A stretch of 64,000 bases of DNA from a virus, in IMG/VR virus record IMGVR_UViG_3300031669_000002, positions 113,975 to 177,974 of that record; one strand, 5' to 3'. The position numbers and the translations under genes are program-made. Below the pieces are notes generated by a model. It ran no database searches, was not told the origin of the DNA, and saw only the letters and a list, made by a program, of their open reading frames with translations. This document shows positions 10,901 to 20,615 of this stretch, in pieces. The stretch's first letter is position 1. Each line of letters opens with the position of its first letter.

Positions 10901-11320
10901 CTTTATCCATTAGCAATTAACCCAATTACGCTTTTAAGTGGTGTTGGTCTTACTATTTTTGGTAACAAGACTCGTGTTGGTGTAGCTAGTTCATTAGATC
11001 GAGTTAACGTAGCTCGCTTAGTTAATTACATTCGTACTATCCTTGCTTCGGTCGGTAATGCATACTTATTTGAACCAGACGATAAGACTACTTGGGATTC
11101 AATTGCACAGGTTATCTCAAGTGCAATGAATGACCTAGTAACAAAACGTGCAATTTATGACTATGCTGTTGTTTGTGATTCATCTAACAATACACCACAG
11201 CGTATTGCCAATAACGAGCTGTATGTGGATATAGCCATTGAGCCAGAAAAGGATGTTGAATTTATCTATATTCCAATTCGCTTAATGAATCCAGGCGCAA
11301 TTGCTTCTGGCGGCAAATAA
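7976..11320 (+). CDS. gp18: Tail sheath protein (T4 gp18-like), 1114 aa
   Basis: N-terminal LVSPGQEITIIDDSQY. C-terminal sheath domain PWFAFAGTRRG, INPIT, SLDRVNVARL, YVDIAIEP.K..EFIYIPIR. Confidence 0.95.
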   Translation: MLVSPGQEITIIDDSQYVSSSVGTVPFILLATAQDKTFQGLPAAYTSKANAGQLLSFSSQRDMITNLGYPLFKQSSAGTPLNAYETNEYGLMAGYSAMGVSNKSYVIRADIDLAQLEGTAVRPIGLPLNGTMWLDTADSTWGIYEWNATTQSYVNRIPLVITDPTEVSGTPPLPLPSIGSIDSYAVIALSATATTSAYNNICYKGSDNQWTHVGNPAAPESPSWQNEWPAVTGNVAAVGGNFTGLTTQTLVLNNVIITAISTSLTNTVQQINTAGITGVSAAAVNNQLALYATSVATNGEVTIAANSTALSTLGLTSGTYAAPAIQYGSYVSVPDWRSTDATPRPTGSVWFKTSTLGSGTNFVLKEFNANNDAWTSIATPIYADDADAIYNLDPTAGGSNIQAGTVYVQQDALFGGSTTVGTGSFLFLDRTTQGALTITGSNTSPTFNNTVDNITVSVTQVGVAGWLTATANISGNTAQAFVSTISSLNLPYLVATVTGTGAISLSHAAGGSIKLSQTGLSDTLAKAGFIGATGVTLIPGTSAPQYLASNFTKLLYTAQSLTPYTAPADGTLWFFNSPLDVDIMVNDLGGWKGYKNVTLDARGYNLSNTDPLGPIMSPTAPITQTDNTPLVPGDLWVNTGELTNAPVISRYTGTSWSLINNADSVDQNGIVFADARWDTTGTTDPVAGNYPSIVALQSSNYLDIDAPDYRLYPRGTLLFNLRRSGYNVKHFVADYFNTTAFSVAGWTATTAYTAGTKVVYEGVIYVAVTSSTNQTPLANPTYWATLESATWVTSSGLQNNGAPYMGAGAQRAMVVKALKAAIDGSDTLREESFQFNLITCPGYPELIPDMVNLNNDRKNTAFVIGDTPMHLAANGIDVTNWSTDANGDGLATADPYMGVYYPSGLTTDLSGNNIVVPPSHMVLRAAIKSDNVSYPWFAFAGTRRGLVDNCSDIGYVDANLGEFVRNGINQGMRDTLYPLAINPITLLSGVGLTIFGNKTRVGVASSLDRVNVARLVNYIRTILASVGNAYLFEPDDKTTWDSIAQVISSAMNDLVTKRAIYDYAVVCDSSNNTPQRIANNELYVDIAIEPEKDVEFIYIPIRLMNPGAIASGGK

Positions 11321-11457
11321 GTTTCCTTGGAATGGGAAGGGTAGGGCAGAAATGCCCTACTTAATTAACTACACAGATAATAGTTTTACCAAAAGTCGAA
11401 AGATTTTTGTTTCGATAGATAAATATTAGTATAGAAGTAAAGTTTAAGGAGAATTGG

Positions 11458-12147
11458 GTGAGGGAGTTTAGACCAACATACTTATATATCAAGAGGCATA
11501 AGATAACCGGTAAGCTGTATTTCGGTAAAACATCTAATGGCTACGAAGAAATGCTTGCATATTTAGGTTCAGGTACTGTTTGGAATCGGCATATTAACAA
11601 GCACGGAATAGAGCATGTAGAAACTATTTGGTTTTGTTTATATTATAATAGAGAAGATTGTAAAGAGTTTGCTGAGTGTTTTTCTGAACAAGAAAAGATA
11701 GTTGAATCAAAAATCTGGGCGAATTTACGTCCTGAGAATGGCATCAATGGTGGCGGGACAAAAGGCGAGGGATTCGGTAGAAAACAATCTGCTGAGACTA
11801 AGGCCAAACGGTCAGCGGCGATGTTAGGAAACACAAATTTTAAATTTAGAAAAAACTTTGATCGAGCACCAATTTCAGAAAATCATAAAGAAAGAATAGC
11901 AAAAGCACAAACAGGTAAGAAGCAGTCTGCAGAAACTATAGCAAAAAAGATAAAGAAGCAAACTGGTCAAAAAAGAACAGAAGAAACAAAGAAAAATATG
12001 AGGAAACCAAAGTATTCAAATAAAAATTATTTTGGTAAAAAAGAGAGGGTAAAATGTATATATTGCCCCAAAGTAGGCGGAGTAAACATTATGCCGAGGT
12101 ATCATTTTGATAACTGTAAGTATAAAATAATTAATATCATATCATAG
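11458..12147 (+). mobile_element. GIY-YIG-like homing endonuclease with NUMOD3 repeats
   Basis: PTYLYIKRHKITGKLYFGKT, YLGSG, KQSAETKAK repeats. Lies between intact sheath and tube genes. Confidence 0.85.
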
Positions 12148-12157
12148 GAGAACTATA

Positions 12158-12772
12158 GTGGCAATCGCATCCTTAACAAAATTTACAGTACCATTGGCAA
12201 CATCAACTAGTGCTTCGGCACAGGGCTTGCTAATGCCTAAGATGAAGTATCGTTTTCGTGTTTCCTTTACTAGCTTCGGAGTAAGTTCAAACACAACAGA
12301 ACTAACAAAACAAGTTAAGACATTTGGTCGTCCAAAGCCAGATTTTGATATGGTAGTTCTTGATGTTTATAACAGCAGAGTCAACCTAATTGGAAAACCG
12401 AAGTGGTCTCCTATTACGTGTGTTATTCGCGACGATGCTGTTGGTAATGTATCAAAACTTGTTGGTGAGCAAATGCAGAAACAATTCGACTTTGCTGAAC
12501 AGTCGTCGGCAGCTTCTGGCGGAGATTACAAGTTTATGATCTTACTAGAAGAACTAGACGGCGGCAACGGAGCAAATACACCAACTGTTCTTGAAACATG
12601 GGAAATGTACGGTTGCTTGTTAACGGGAGTTGAGTACGGCGATAATGACTATGGTTCAAGTGATGCAATTGAGCTAACATTAAATATCCAGTTCGATAAT
12701 GCAATTCAATCACCGACAGGAACAGGAATCGGAACAAATGTTGGTCGTACATTGGGAACAGCAGCAACCTAA
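12158..12772 (+). CDS. gp19: Tail tube protein (T4 gp19-like)
   Basis: LMPKMKYRFRV, RPK..F, W.PITCVIRDD, LETWEMYGC, IELTLNIQFDNA. Follows the sheath gene. Confidence 0.9.
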   Translation: MAIASLTKFTVPLATSTSASAQGLLMPKMKYRFRVSFTSFGVSSNTTELTKQVKTFGRPKPDFDMVVLDVYNSRVNLIGKPKWSPITCVIRDDAVGNVSKLVGEQMQKQFDFAEQSSAASGGDYKFMILLEELDGGNGANTPTVLETWEMYGCLLTGVEYGDNDYGSSDAIELTLNIQFDNAIQSPTGTGIGTNVGRTLGTAAT

Positions 12773-12792
12773 TAAAAAAACACATCAATGTC

Positions 12793-12824
12793 AAATAAGA
12801 GGCTTCGGCCTCTTATTTTGTTTT
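12793..12824 (+). terminator. Intrinsic terminator after tail tube
   Basis: 11-bp stem AAATAAGAGGC/GCCTCTTATTT, TTCG loop, T tract. Confidence 0.85.
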
Positions 12825-12857
12825 AATTGGCACTTTTTCGGATGCTAAATACATTAT

Positions 12858-13898
12858 ATGGCAAATATACTCAACACATTCCTTAAAGAAATAGCACAAG
12901 GTGACTCAGTCCATGACTGGCAACACGCGTCGAAACTATTCGTTGCAAATAATTATGAATTAGCACCAAAGAGTGCGTATCTTTACTATGTTCATTTTAA
13001 CTTAAATCCGGCAGTAGTCTCCACGTCTCCATCAGTAACTGGGCCAAATGGTTCGTATGGAATGGATTTAGCTCAAAACAGAGCAGAGCTTGGTATGCTT
13101 GTTAAGCAAGTTGCATTGCCGAAATATAAAATCGAAACTAAAACACTGAATGCATATAACAGACCACATGTTGTCCAAACAAAAATAAACTATGAGCCAA
13201 TCAATATCACTTTCCATGATGATAGTGCAAACAAGGTTCGTAATTTTTGGTATGACTACTACTCATATTACTATAGAAATAGCGATAAAACAAATATTGA
13301 CTGGGAAACGGCTGCCCACTCAGAAATAAATAACCCAAGATTTAGAAAAGATTATGGATATACTGTTCGTAATACGAATGCTGATAATCAATATGCTCCA
13401 CCATATATTACAAGTATTAGCATCTATAGTTTATTCAATAAAAAGTTTAGCGAGTATATCATATACAATCCAATTATCTCAAGCTTTCAGCACGGCGAAC
13501 ACGAAGCATCGAATACAACAGGAGTAATGTCTCATCAGATGACAGTTGAGTTTGAGTCAGTGTCGTATGCTTACGGATCTGTAACACCGGATACCGTTAC
13601 AGGTTTCGGTAGCGCACATTACGATAAGTCACCTAGTCCAATTCTACCATTAGGTGGTGGAACACAGAGTATTCTTGGTCCAGGCGGTATAGTAAGCGAT
13701 GCAGCAAGCATCGTTGAAGATGTAGGAACAGGAAACTTTGGAGCGGCAGCCCTTTCGTTAGCTAGAGATAAAACAAATCTAGCAGGTGCAAGTTTAAGCA
13801 CAATGCTTCATCAAGATTCTCTTACCTCATTAAAGAATACTTTGGCAGGCAATAATCCATTTAGCTCAATTAGTATCCCTGGCCTAGGAGGATTTTAA
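12858..13898 (+). CDS. Tail-tube-fold baseplate protein (gp54/gp48-like)
   Basis: LVKQVALPKYKIETKTLNAYNR..VVQTKINYEPINITFHDD is a tube-family fold. Position after gp19. Confidence 0.6.
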   Translation: MANILNTFLKEIAQGDSVHDWQHASKLFVANNYELAPKSAYLYYVHFNLNPAVVSTSPSVTGPNGSYGMDLAQNRAELGMLVKQVALPKYKIETKTLNAYNRPHVVQTKINYEPINITFHDDSANKVRNFWYDYYSYYYRNSDKTNIDWETAAHSEINNPRFRKDYGYTVRNTNADNQYAPPYITSISIYSLFNKKFSEYIIYNPIISSFQHGEHEASNTTGVMSHQMTVEFESVSYAYGSVTPDTVTGFGSAHYDKSPSPILPLGGGTQSILGPGGIVSDAASIVEDVGTGNFGAAALSLARDKTNLAGASLSTMLHQDSLTSLKNTLAGNNPFSSISIPGLGGF

Positions 13899-13900
13899 TA

Positions 13901-14272
13901 ATGGCAATTTTAACTAACAATCTAGTTAACAATACAGCATCACAGGACCTGACCACAACTTGGTTCAATAATTATTATGTTTCTCCGTTTTCGGTATCTC
14001 AGGGCCAAAACGATTCGTTTATAAGCTTCTTTGAAAAAGTGACAGGTAATAAAGAAACTGCGGCAGCATTAGCTGGGTGCGTTCTTTATACTGCTAAGGC
14101 ACAGGGAGTTGATCCAATGTCAGTTTTGCAGCAATTTAGTTCATTGCCGCCTGGACAACTTAATGCATATCTAGTCCTATATCTGAACACCAATAGAATA
14201 GCCACAAGCTTTCTTGGTATCTCAAATCAACCTAAGATCAACAAATATACTCAAAGGTGTATCTTACCATAA
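13901..14272 (+). CDS. Hypothetical virion protein
   Basis: 123-aa ORF in the late operon, coupled to gp4. Confidence 0.7.
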   Translation: MAILTNNLVNNTASQDLTTTWFNNYYVSPFSVSQGQNDSFISFFEKVTGNKETAAALAGCVLYTAKAQGVDPMSVLQQFSSLPPGQLNAYLVLYLNTNRIATSFLGISNQPKINKYTQRCILP

Positions 14273-14697
14273 TGGCTAAGTATGCTCGAGCACAATTTAT
14301 CCCTAAACATCCAGAAAAATATATAGGTAAAGGAATACCGCAGTATAGAAGTTCTTGGGAATTTGCATTCTTTACCTTCTGCGATAATCATCCAAGCGTT
14401 CTTCAGTGGGCAAGTGAGGCAATCCGCATACCATATAGGAATCCCCTAACTGGAAGGAAAACTACTTATGTGCCAGATGTATTCATTATCTATCAAGATG
14501 CAAACGGAGAAAATCACGCTGAGCTAATAGAAATAAAGCCATCCTCGCAGGCCAATATAGCTGAAGCAAAATCTCGCTACGAAAAAGCATCAGTTGCACT
14601 CAATTATGCTAAGTTTCACGCCGCACAAGCTTACTGCAAAAGCAAAGGAATAACCTTCAGGGTCGTTACAGAAAAAAATTTGTTTGCCGGTAAGTAA
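14272..14697 (+). CDS. gp4: Head completion nuclease (T4 gp4-like)
   Basis: F.PKHPEKYIG, YRSSWE..F..FCD.HP.VLQWASE..IPY, Y.PD, LIEIKP, N.AK. Start ATG 14272. Confidence 0.9.
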   Translation: MAKYARAQFIPKHPEKYIGKGIPQYRSSWEFAFFTFCDNHPSVLQWASEAIRIPYRNPLTGRKTTYVPDVFIIYQDANGENHAELIEIKPSSQANIAEAKSRYEKASVALNYAKFHAAQAYCKSKGITFRVVTEKNLFAGK

Positions 14698-14733
14698 AAA
14701 TGGTAAATATCATTATACTTTAAAGGTAATCAA

Positions 14734-15246
14734 ATGACAAGAAAATTAGAATCTCTCTTCGGCTTACCGCCTGCGCCAGTAATGGGAACACCGACCGAAG
14801 CAGAGAATTTAGCTGAAGCCAAGGAACATGTTGCAGACAATCAGTCTATATTAGCAGCAGCCGACGATGCAATGGATAAGATAGATGCAGCTCTACCGAC
14901 AGTGTCCGATCTCGACACAAGCGATAGAGATTTAGATGATCTGTCAGATTTGGCTAAAGAAACCTTTACATCACTGATTGATCTAAGCATGAATGTAGAA
15001 CCTCGATTTAGCGGACCAATTCTACAGTCAGCCTCTACCTTGCTAGGACACGCAATCACGGCCAAAGTAGCTAAGATGGACAAAAAACTAAAAATGATTG
15101 ACCTACAGCTTAAAAAAGCTAAACTTGACCAGACTAAAGACAATACCCCGTCATCAGAAAAAGCAGTAGACGGTGAGGGAATTGTCATCGACCGCAATGA
15201 TTTGTTGAAGCATATACTTGAAAATTCGCGCAAAAACGATAAATAA
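14734..15246 (+). CDS. Possible terminase small subunit
   Basis: Helical protein upstream of the terL region with C-terminal VIDRNDLLK. Assignment from recall and position only. Confidence 0.4.
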   Translation: MTRKLESLFGLPPAPVMGTPTEAENLAEAKEHVADNQSILAAADDAMDKIDAALPTVSDLDTSDRDLDDLSDLAKETFTSLIDLSMNVEPRFSGPILQSASTLLGHAITAKVAKMDKKLKMIDLQLKKAKLDQTKDNTPSSEKAVDGEGIVIDRNDLLKHILENSRKNDK

Positions 15247-15268
15247 ATTTAGAACCTAAGGAATACTC

Positions 15269-15862
15269 ATGAAAACTTTAATGGAATACATGTCGGAAGA
15301 CAAAGAAACATACGATTTTAAAATTAAGATTGCCGCAACTGAAATTACCAATGAAGTGTTAGATAAAATCGAACATGCATTGTCAACATTTGAGATTGCG
15401 AGCATGAGTAAGCCAAAGAATTTACCTATTGTCGAGAAGAATTTAGATTTCCCGTCATTTGGTAGCTGTGAGGTGTCATTGATTTTAGTTTCGTTAAACT
15501 ATCCATGCACAGACGCACAGATTCGTCAAGCATTAAATCATCAGGCAAGAATACCAGCCGCAAACATTGTTGTTATACCAAAAAACCAGCCAGAAGAACT
15601 TCTTCGCGATAAAGCAGAAGAAGACGAAAATTCCAATAAAAAATACGAGCCTATTCTTTTAAAGAAAGAGCTTGAAGATGTATCTGGTGGTCAAGAATTG
15701 GTAGGAACACAACGAGTTGAATCAATGCTCAAAGAGTTAGAAACTCGCCGTATGGAGTTTGCAGCAAAGGGAACTGATGAAAAAGCAAAAACAACAAATA
15801 GCTTACCAATGGACAATACTAGCCCAGTAGCTACAAAAGCTCACAAAGTAAAAGGACGATAA
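15269..15862 (+). CDS. Conserved hypothetical late protein
   Basis: RBS AAGGA, late promoter, 197 aa. Confidence 0.75.
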   Translation: MKTLMEYMSEDKETYDFKIKIAATEITNEVLDKIEHALSTFEIASMSKPKNLPIVEKNLDFPSFGSCEVSLILVSLNYPCTDAQIRQALNHQARIPAANIVVIPKNQPEELLRDKAEEDENSNKKYEPILLKKELEDVSGGQELVGTQRVESMLKELETRRMEFAAKGTDEKAKTTNSLPMDNTSPVATKAHKVKGR

Positions 15863-15863
15863 A

Positions 15864-18800
15864 ATGAAAGATATTCTTGCTAAACTTGCCGACATTGAAA
15901 ATAAAAAACCACTTAATGAAGCAAAAGAATTAAGCGAACTAAAAGCTGGCGACGAGTATGGCGATGATGCCACTGCAATTGGCAACGGCGAGATGAATGC
16001 AGCTATTTCTGAAGATGATGAAATCTGTTCTAATTGCAATGGTTCAGGTGAAGGGCAGTATGATGGCACTACTTGCTCATCGTGTGGTGGTTCAGGCACA
16101 AACCGATCAAACTCAGAGGAGCACGACGAAGATGAGCGTGAGTGGCAAAGAAAGTCAAAAGAAGATAGAGAATTAGATGAAGGTGCAAAATATAAACCAG
16201 AAACTCCGTATGGCGTTCAGTATAAAGTGTTTGCGGGAAAAGAACAGCGCCTAACAACAAAAGAAGCATGGTTCAAATCTGCAGAAGCAATGAAACGCGG
16301 TATTGCAAAGATTGAAAATCTCGATGGATTTTACGAAATCGTAGGACATCATTATCCAGAAGATATGATGAAGGAAGCAGCAGAAGAAGTAACAGAGTTT
16401 AATGATTTTGATGCACCAGACGATAGACAAAGTGCAGACAACGGAGCATTCAGCTCTACTGGCGCGCCTTGCCCTGAATCAGCAGTAGATGAACACATCG
16501 TTAAGACTGGTTCACAGTATGAACTAAAATCGCACAAAGGTAAAAACTTAGGCAAGTTTAAGTCACACAAAGCCGCCGCAAAACACGAGGGCGAAGTGGA
16601 GTGGTTCAAGTCTCATCCACACGAAAGTATCGACGAAGCAACAATCTCAGCGATAGAAACTGCTAGAAAGAAACTAGAGCATGTTAAAGAAGTTATTCGT
16701 GGTTTTGAAGAACGCGGAATGATTGCCCCTAGAAATTGGGAAGATAAACTCAAAGCAGCAGCAAAAGAATATAAATCAGCAAAGAAAAACACAATGACAA
16801 ACGAAGCAGAAGATGAGCCGCAAGCATGGAAAGTGCTTAAAGGAACAGACGATAAGATTTATCAAATTTATGTAATGCATAATTACTATAACGGTAAGTA
16901 TTACGATTACGGTGGAAGGGCATATCCAATTTTAGCTTCTTCTCCTGAAGAGGCATTAGAAATTGCTCGCAAATATAAAGGCGAGATTGAAGCTGACCTT
17001 AGAAGCAAATTCTTTAAGGTTGGTAGCAGACGAGTAAGAATGATTTCTAAAAACGATAATCATCACTTGAAAGACGAATCGTTCCACTCACCAAAATATC
17101 CAAATATGTGGACAAGTGGCGGTAACAGACATGTTATCAACAAAGATGGTGAGTTTGTAAGTTTTCCGTCGAAGGATGAAGAATCGTCGACTATAACCGA
17201 GTTAAGTAAAAATACACTTGGATCTTATGTTAAGAAGGCATCTAACAGTAGAGCTAGTTACGGTCATGACTGGGACAACGGTAGATTAGCAGAGCCAGGA
17301 AGTGGAAGAACAAGATCAGATGTAGTAAGAAAAAATAAAAATAGAAAAGCAGGCATCAATACAGCAGTTGATAAGCTGACAAGAGAATCAAAGGAAAATA
17401 TAATGAAATCACGCAAAATAGTAAAAGAGAGTTTAACTTTCTTAGAGCATATCACTGATCCCGCACTTGAAAAGGTATTGCGTCATTTTGGTAAGGAAGT
17501 AAAAGACTTTATACACGGTGGAGAATTAGACGATAGTCTATATAATGCACTTTATGATTATTATTTTGATGAGATGCCATATGGAACTAAGAAAGCCCGC
17601 ACAGGTGATCCGTTCGAATGGATTACTAATCGCTTAGATAAAGATCTTAAAGGTATTTCTGTAGGTCACCCAGCAGATGCAGCAGATTATGCGGGAATGA
17701 ATGAACCATCATTTGCCAAGACGCGCCCTATTGGGTTCCCTGGAGACGAAGCTGATTACGATATGGACGAAGGCGCAGCAGGAGATATTGGCGGTGACTC
17801 AGGTTCCGGTAATGATATTTCTCCACTAAGTCAAGTTGATGAAGAAGAAATTGATCTCGACGACTTAGATGACGACGAAGATCTTGATGAAGCACTTACA
17901 CCAGCACAGCAGGCAAAAATGGCTGAACTAAGAGCAAAAAATGCAAACTCGCCAATAACAATTGGGCGTAATGCAATTCCACCAAAAGCTGCTCCATATA
18001 ATCCATTTGCTGATGAAAAGAATGATCGTAGCGGCGACCTAGCATTCAATCAACAAGATTCATTTCAAGGTTATGGTGCTCAACGAGAAGGTTTAGGGGA
18101 AGAAGAATTAGATGAAACATTCTTAGTTGAAGATAACGAGGGATTGATTGCAGAAATATTAGAAGAGCATGGTTTAGACCATGGATTAGATTTCTTCTTT
18201 GATAATGGACTAGTTGCAATCGGTAAATCAACTGCTCGTGTTATTATCAATGCATTAAAGGCAGATCCTCGCATTACTGCAACCCCATCATTTGGAAGAA
18301 TTGATGGCGAAGAAGTGCAGATTGCATTTAACAAAGAGGCAGGACCATCAATCTCAAATGCAGAAATTAAAGACTTAGCTACAGAACCAGAACAAGATGC
18401 CTTAGGTGAGGGATTAGATCACAGTGAAGTGGCACAATTACTTGCAAAGGCAGCAAGAGTTATGTCCAGCGCAAAAACATTGGATCAACTTAGAGTTGCT
18501 GAAAAATATGCAAAGTTAGCATATAAAAAGATTAAAGGAAATGAAGGACTTGCGGGGTCAAACTTCGAAAGAAACTGGGCTATTTACTCCGCAATAGAAC
18601 ACGATTTGATTTCTAAAGAAGAAGAACTTAGGGGTGCGGGCGCAGTAACCGAAGAAGGTGATGATGCACTAAACGATATGCGTAGGTTAAGCGGCTTGCC
18701 CGGAAAAGAAGAAACTACTGATGGCGAAGTTGATGAAGCAGAAGGCGAGTATGTAAATGCTCCTGATCCAACTGTTCATACAAGCACAACAGATATGATC

Positions 18801-18932
18801 AACCGCGGAAATGACCTAAACCGTCCTAAGCGCCAAGACTTTACGATTCGTAACTTGGGAAACAACCCAATGGCCGAAACAAGAAATTTGTTCAAACAAT
18901 ATGAAGCAATAAAGGACACAGTTAAGAAATAA
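15864..18932 (+). CDS. Large acidic mosaic protein (1022 aa), putative internal head/prohead-core polyprotein
   Basis: Many [ILVM]-x-E motifs, a DnaJ-like CxxCxGxG pair, an ITELSKNTLGSYVKKA module, and C-terminal MRRLSGL. Confidence 0.55.
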   Translation: MKDILAKLADIENKKPLNEAKELSELKAGDEYGDDATAIGNGEMNAAISEDDEICSNCNGSGEGQYDGTTCSSCGGSGTNRSNSEEHDEDEREWQRKSKEDRELDEGAKYKPETPYGVQYKVFAGKEQRLTTKEAWFKSAEAMKRGIAKIENLDGFYEIVGHHYPEDMMKEAAEEVTEFNDFDAPDDRQSADNGAFSSTGAPCPESAVDEHIVKTGSQYELKSHKGKNLGKFKSHKAAAKHEGEVEWFKSHPHESIDEATISAIETARKKLEHVKEVIRGFEERGMIAPRNWEDKLKAAAKEYKSAKKNTMTNEAEDEPQAWKVLKGTDDKIYQIYVMHNYYNGKYYDYGGRAYPILASSPEEALEIARKYKGEIEADLRSKFFKVGSRRVRMISKNDNHHLKDESFHSPKYPNMWTSGGNRHVINKDGEFVSFPSKDEESSTITELSKNTLGSYVKKASNSRASYGHDWDNGRLAEPGSGRTRSDVVRKNKNRKAGINTAVDKLTRESKENIMKSRKIVKESLTFLEHITDPALEKVLRHFGKEVKDFIHGGELDDSLYNALYDYYFDEMPYGTKKARTGDPFEWITNRLDKDLKGISVGHPADAADYAGMNEPSFAKTRPIGFPGDEADYDMDEGAAGDIGGDSGSGNDISPLSQVDEEEIDLDDLDDDEDLDEALTPAQQAKMAELRAKNANSPITIGRNAIPPKAAPYNPFADEKNDRSGDLAFNQQDSFQGYGAQREGLGEEELDETFLVEDNEGLIAEILEEHGLDHGLDFFFDNGLVAIGKSTARVIINALKADPRITATPSFGRIDGEEVQIAFNKEAGPSISNAEIKDLATEPEQDALGEGLDHSEVAQLLAKAARVMSSAKTLDQLRVAEKYAKLAYKKIKGNEGLAGSNFERNWAIYSAIEHDLISKEEELRGAGAVTEEGDDALNDMRRLSGLPGKEETTDGEVDEAEGEYVNAPDPTVHTSTTDMINRGNDLNRPKRQDFTIRNLGNNPMAETRNLFKQYEAIKDTVKK

Positions 18933-18933
18933 T

Positions 18934-19311
18934 ATGCCGAAATCACTTAGGGACTATTTGCCAGAATCATTTTTAGTAGAATTGGGCGAAGGGCCGTCCG
19001 ATTCAAATAGTCCTGTATCAGGAGCCACAGCAGACGGTCATCCTAACCCAGCGAAATCTGAATTTGGTAAAAGAGAACTAAAGGTTGGCGATCCAGTAAA
19101 AGTTACTGGTGATGTTCAATCACAGGGTCAAAAAGGTGTAGTAGATAACATCGAAGACGATGGTAATCTTATCGTAGTTGATCTAAAACATCAAGGCAAA
19201 AAAAGTTTTAAAAGAACCGATATTGACTTTGATGAATATGAAGGTAAAGACGACGAAGAAGATAGTTATCGCCGAGCACTGAATAACTATAAAAAAATGG
19301 CAGGTTACTAA
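18934..19311 (+). CDS. Hypothetical protein with KOW/SH3-like motif
   Basis: LKVGDPVKVTGDVQSQGQKGVVDNIEDDG. Confidence 0.7.
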   Translation: MPKSLRDYLPESFLVELGEGPSDSNSPVSGATADGHPNPAKSEFGKRELKVGDPVKVTGDVQSQGQKGVVDNIEDDGNLIVVDLKHQGKKSFKRTDIDFDEYEGKDDEEDSYRRALNNYKKMAGY

Positions 19312-19389
19312 ATGTCAGAGGATCAATATCCAGTTTTCCCAAAAGATGATGGGTATGATTTACCTATCAATCCCTATAGCCCAACATGA
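19312..19389 (+). CDS. 25-aa small ORF MSEDQYPVFPKDDGYDLPINPYSPT
   Basis: Fills the gap exactly: TAA-ATG junction upstream and ATGA overlap downstream. Confidence 0.6.
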   Translation: MSEDQYPVFPKDDGYDLPINPYSPT

Positions 19390-19742
19390 GAGCAAACGAA
19401 TTTATAACTGAAGGTGAAATGCACGATTGGCATCAACGCTGCATACCTGGTATGAAGTCATTGACTGGAGTAGGTCAATACTATGAGCTATATCGCTTTG
19501 GTATTGCAATGGCACAAGCTGGTAGAGAAAACGATCCAATGCTAGGGACACCAGACGGGGTGACTGAGGATAATCCAACGACTCTTAGTTATACGCAAGC
19601 AGACGAAGATATTATCAACAGCGCACTAAAAAGAACAGGATACGGTTCCAAGAATATTACAACTATGTCAAGCGAGGAGCCAATAGATACGCACAGAGTT
19701 AGTCCTGTAGCCAATCTTGGCCCAGTAAAAAGAAAGAGCTAA
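19386..19742 (+). CDS. Hypothetical virion-associated protein (MRANEFITE family)
   Basis: Paralog of 4963..5346. Confidence 0.75.
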   Translation: MRANEFITEGEMHDWHQRCIPGMKSLTGVGQYYELYRFGIAMAQAGRENDPMLGTPDGVTEDNPTTLSYTQADEDIINSALKRTGYGSKNITTMSSEEPIDTHRVSPVANLGPVKRKS

Positions 19743-19743
19743 T

Positions 19744-19956
19744 ATGAAACAATATAAACTTACATCGGCAGATTTTGTATTGCCGGGAGAATCACTAGAA
19801 CCAGATGCATATATGTCTGCAGAGGACTTAGCATCAATTAAAAAACAAAATGAGTTATCTGGTTTTTTACATCAACAGATTGCAGATAGGCTTGCTAATC
19901 CTGTTGATCTTCCAGAAGCAAATACTATAATTATTAGAGAGCAAAAATATGAGTAA
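19744..19956 (+). CDS. Hypothetical protein
   Basis: 70-aa ORF coupled to terL part 1. Confidence 0.7.
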   Translation: MKQYKLTSADFVLPGESLEPDAYMSAEDLASIKKQNELSGFLHQQIADRLANPVDLPEANTIIIREQKYE

Positions 19957-20611
19957 GATGCCGACAGAATCAGTATTGGTTAAGACACCACATAAAACTG
20001 AGTTCTATTCTCATCAGCACGTAGAAGAATTTATGAAGTGTGCAGATCCAATAACTGGACCTAACTATTTTATGACTAACTTCTTCTACATTCAGCATCC
20101 AACTAAGGGTAGATTGAAGTATGCTCCGTTTCCTTATCAGGTTCATTTGGCGCAATCATTTCACGAATATAGATTTAGTGTTAATCTTCTTTCCCGTCAA
20201 TTAGGAAAAACAACTACAGCAGCAGGTTACTTGCTATGGTATGCAATGATGATTCCTGATAGCACGATCTTAATTGCAGCTCACAAATATACGGGCGCAC
20301 AAGAAATTATGCAACGTATTCGTTATGCGTATGAGTCAGTTCCCGATCATATTCGTGCTGGTGCAACAACCTACAACAAGGGAAGCATTGACTTTGATAA
20401 TGGTTCAAGAATTATTTCAGCTACAACTACAGAAAACACCGGTCGAGGATTATCAATATCATTATTATACTGCCTGGGTGGCGAAACAACTGTAAAAATT
20501 AGAGACAAAACTACATTGGTAGAAGAAGAAATATCTTTACAAGATTTGTATATCAGGCTATCTAATCCCGACAAAGTTCTAAATGACGAATTTGCATTCG
20601 TACATAAATAA
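19949..20611 (+). CDS. gp17: Terminase large subunit, part 1 (N-extein 174 aa + split-intein N fragment)
   Basis: Walker A region SRQLGKTT and GRGLSISLLY, followed by intein block A CLGGETTVKI (Cys at 20471). Confidence 0.92.
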   Translation: MSKMPTESVLVKTPHKTEFYSHQHVEEFMKCADPITGPNYFMTNFFYIQHPTKGRLKYAPFPYQVHLAQSFHEYRFSVNLLSRQLGKTTTAAGYLLWYAMMIPDSTILIAAHKYTGAQEIMQRIRYAYESVPDHIRAGATTYNKGSIDFDNGSRIISATTTENTGRGLSISLLYCLGGETTVKIRDKTTLVEEEISLQDLYIRLSNPDKVLNDEFAFVHK

Positions 20612-20615
20612 GTAT

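Noticed and set aside
11321-12157. Group I intron around the HEGs at 4134, 7290 and 11458
   Set aside because: Flanking genes are complete on each side and no intron core is visible, so these HEGs are free-standing.
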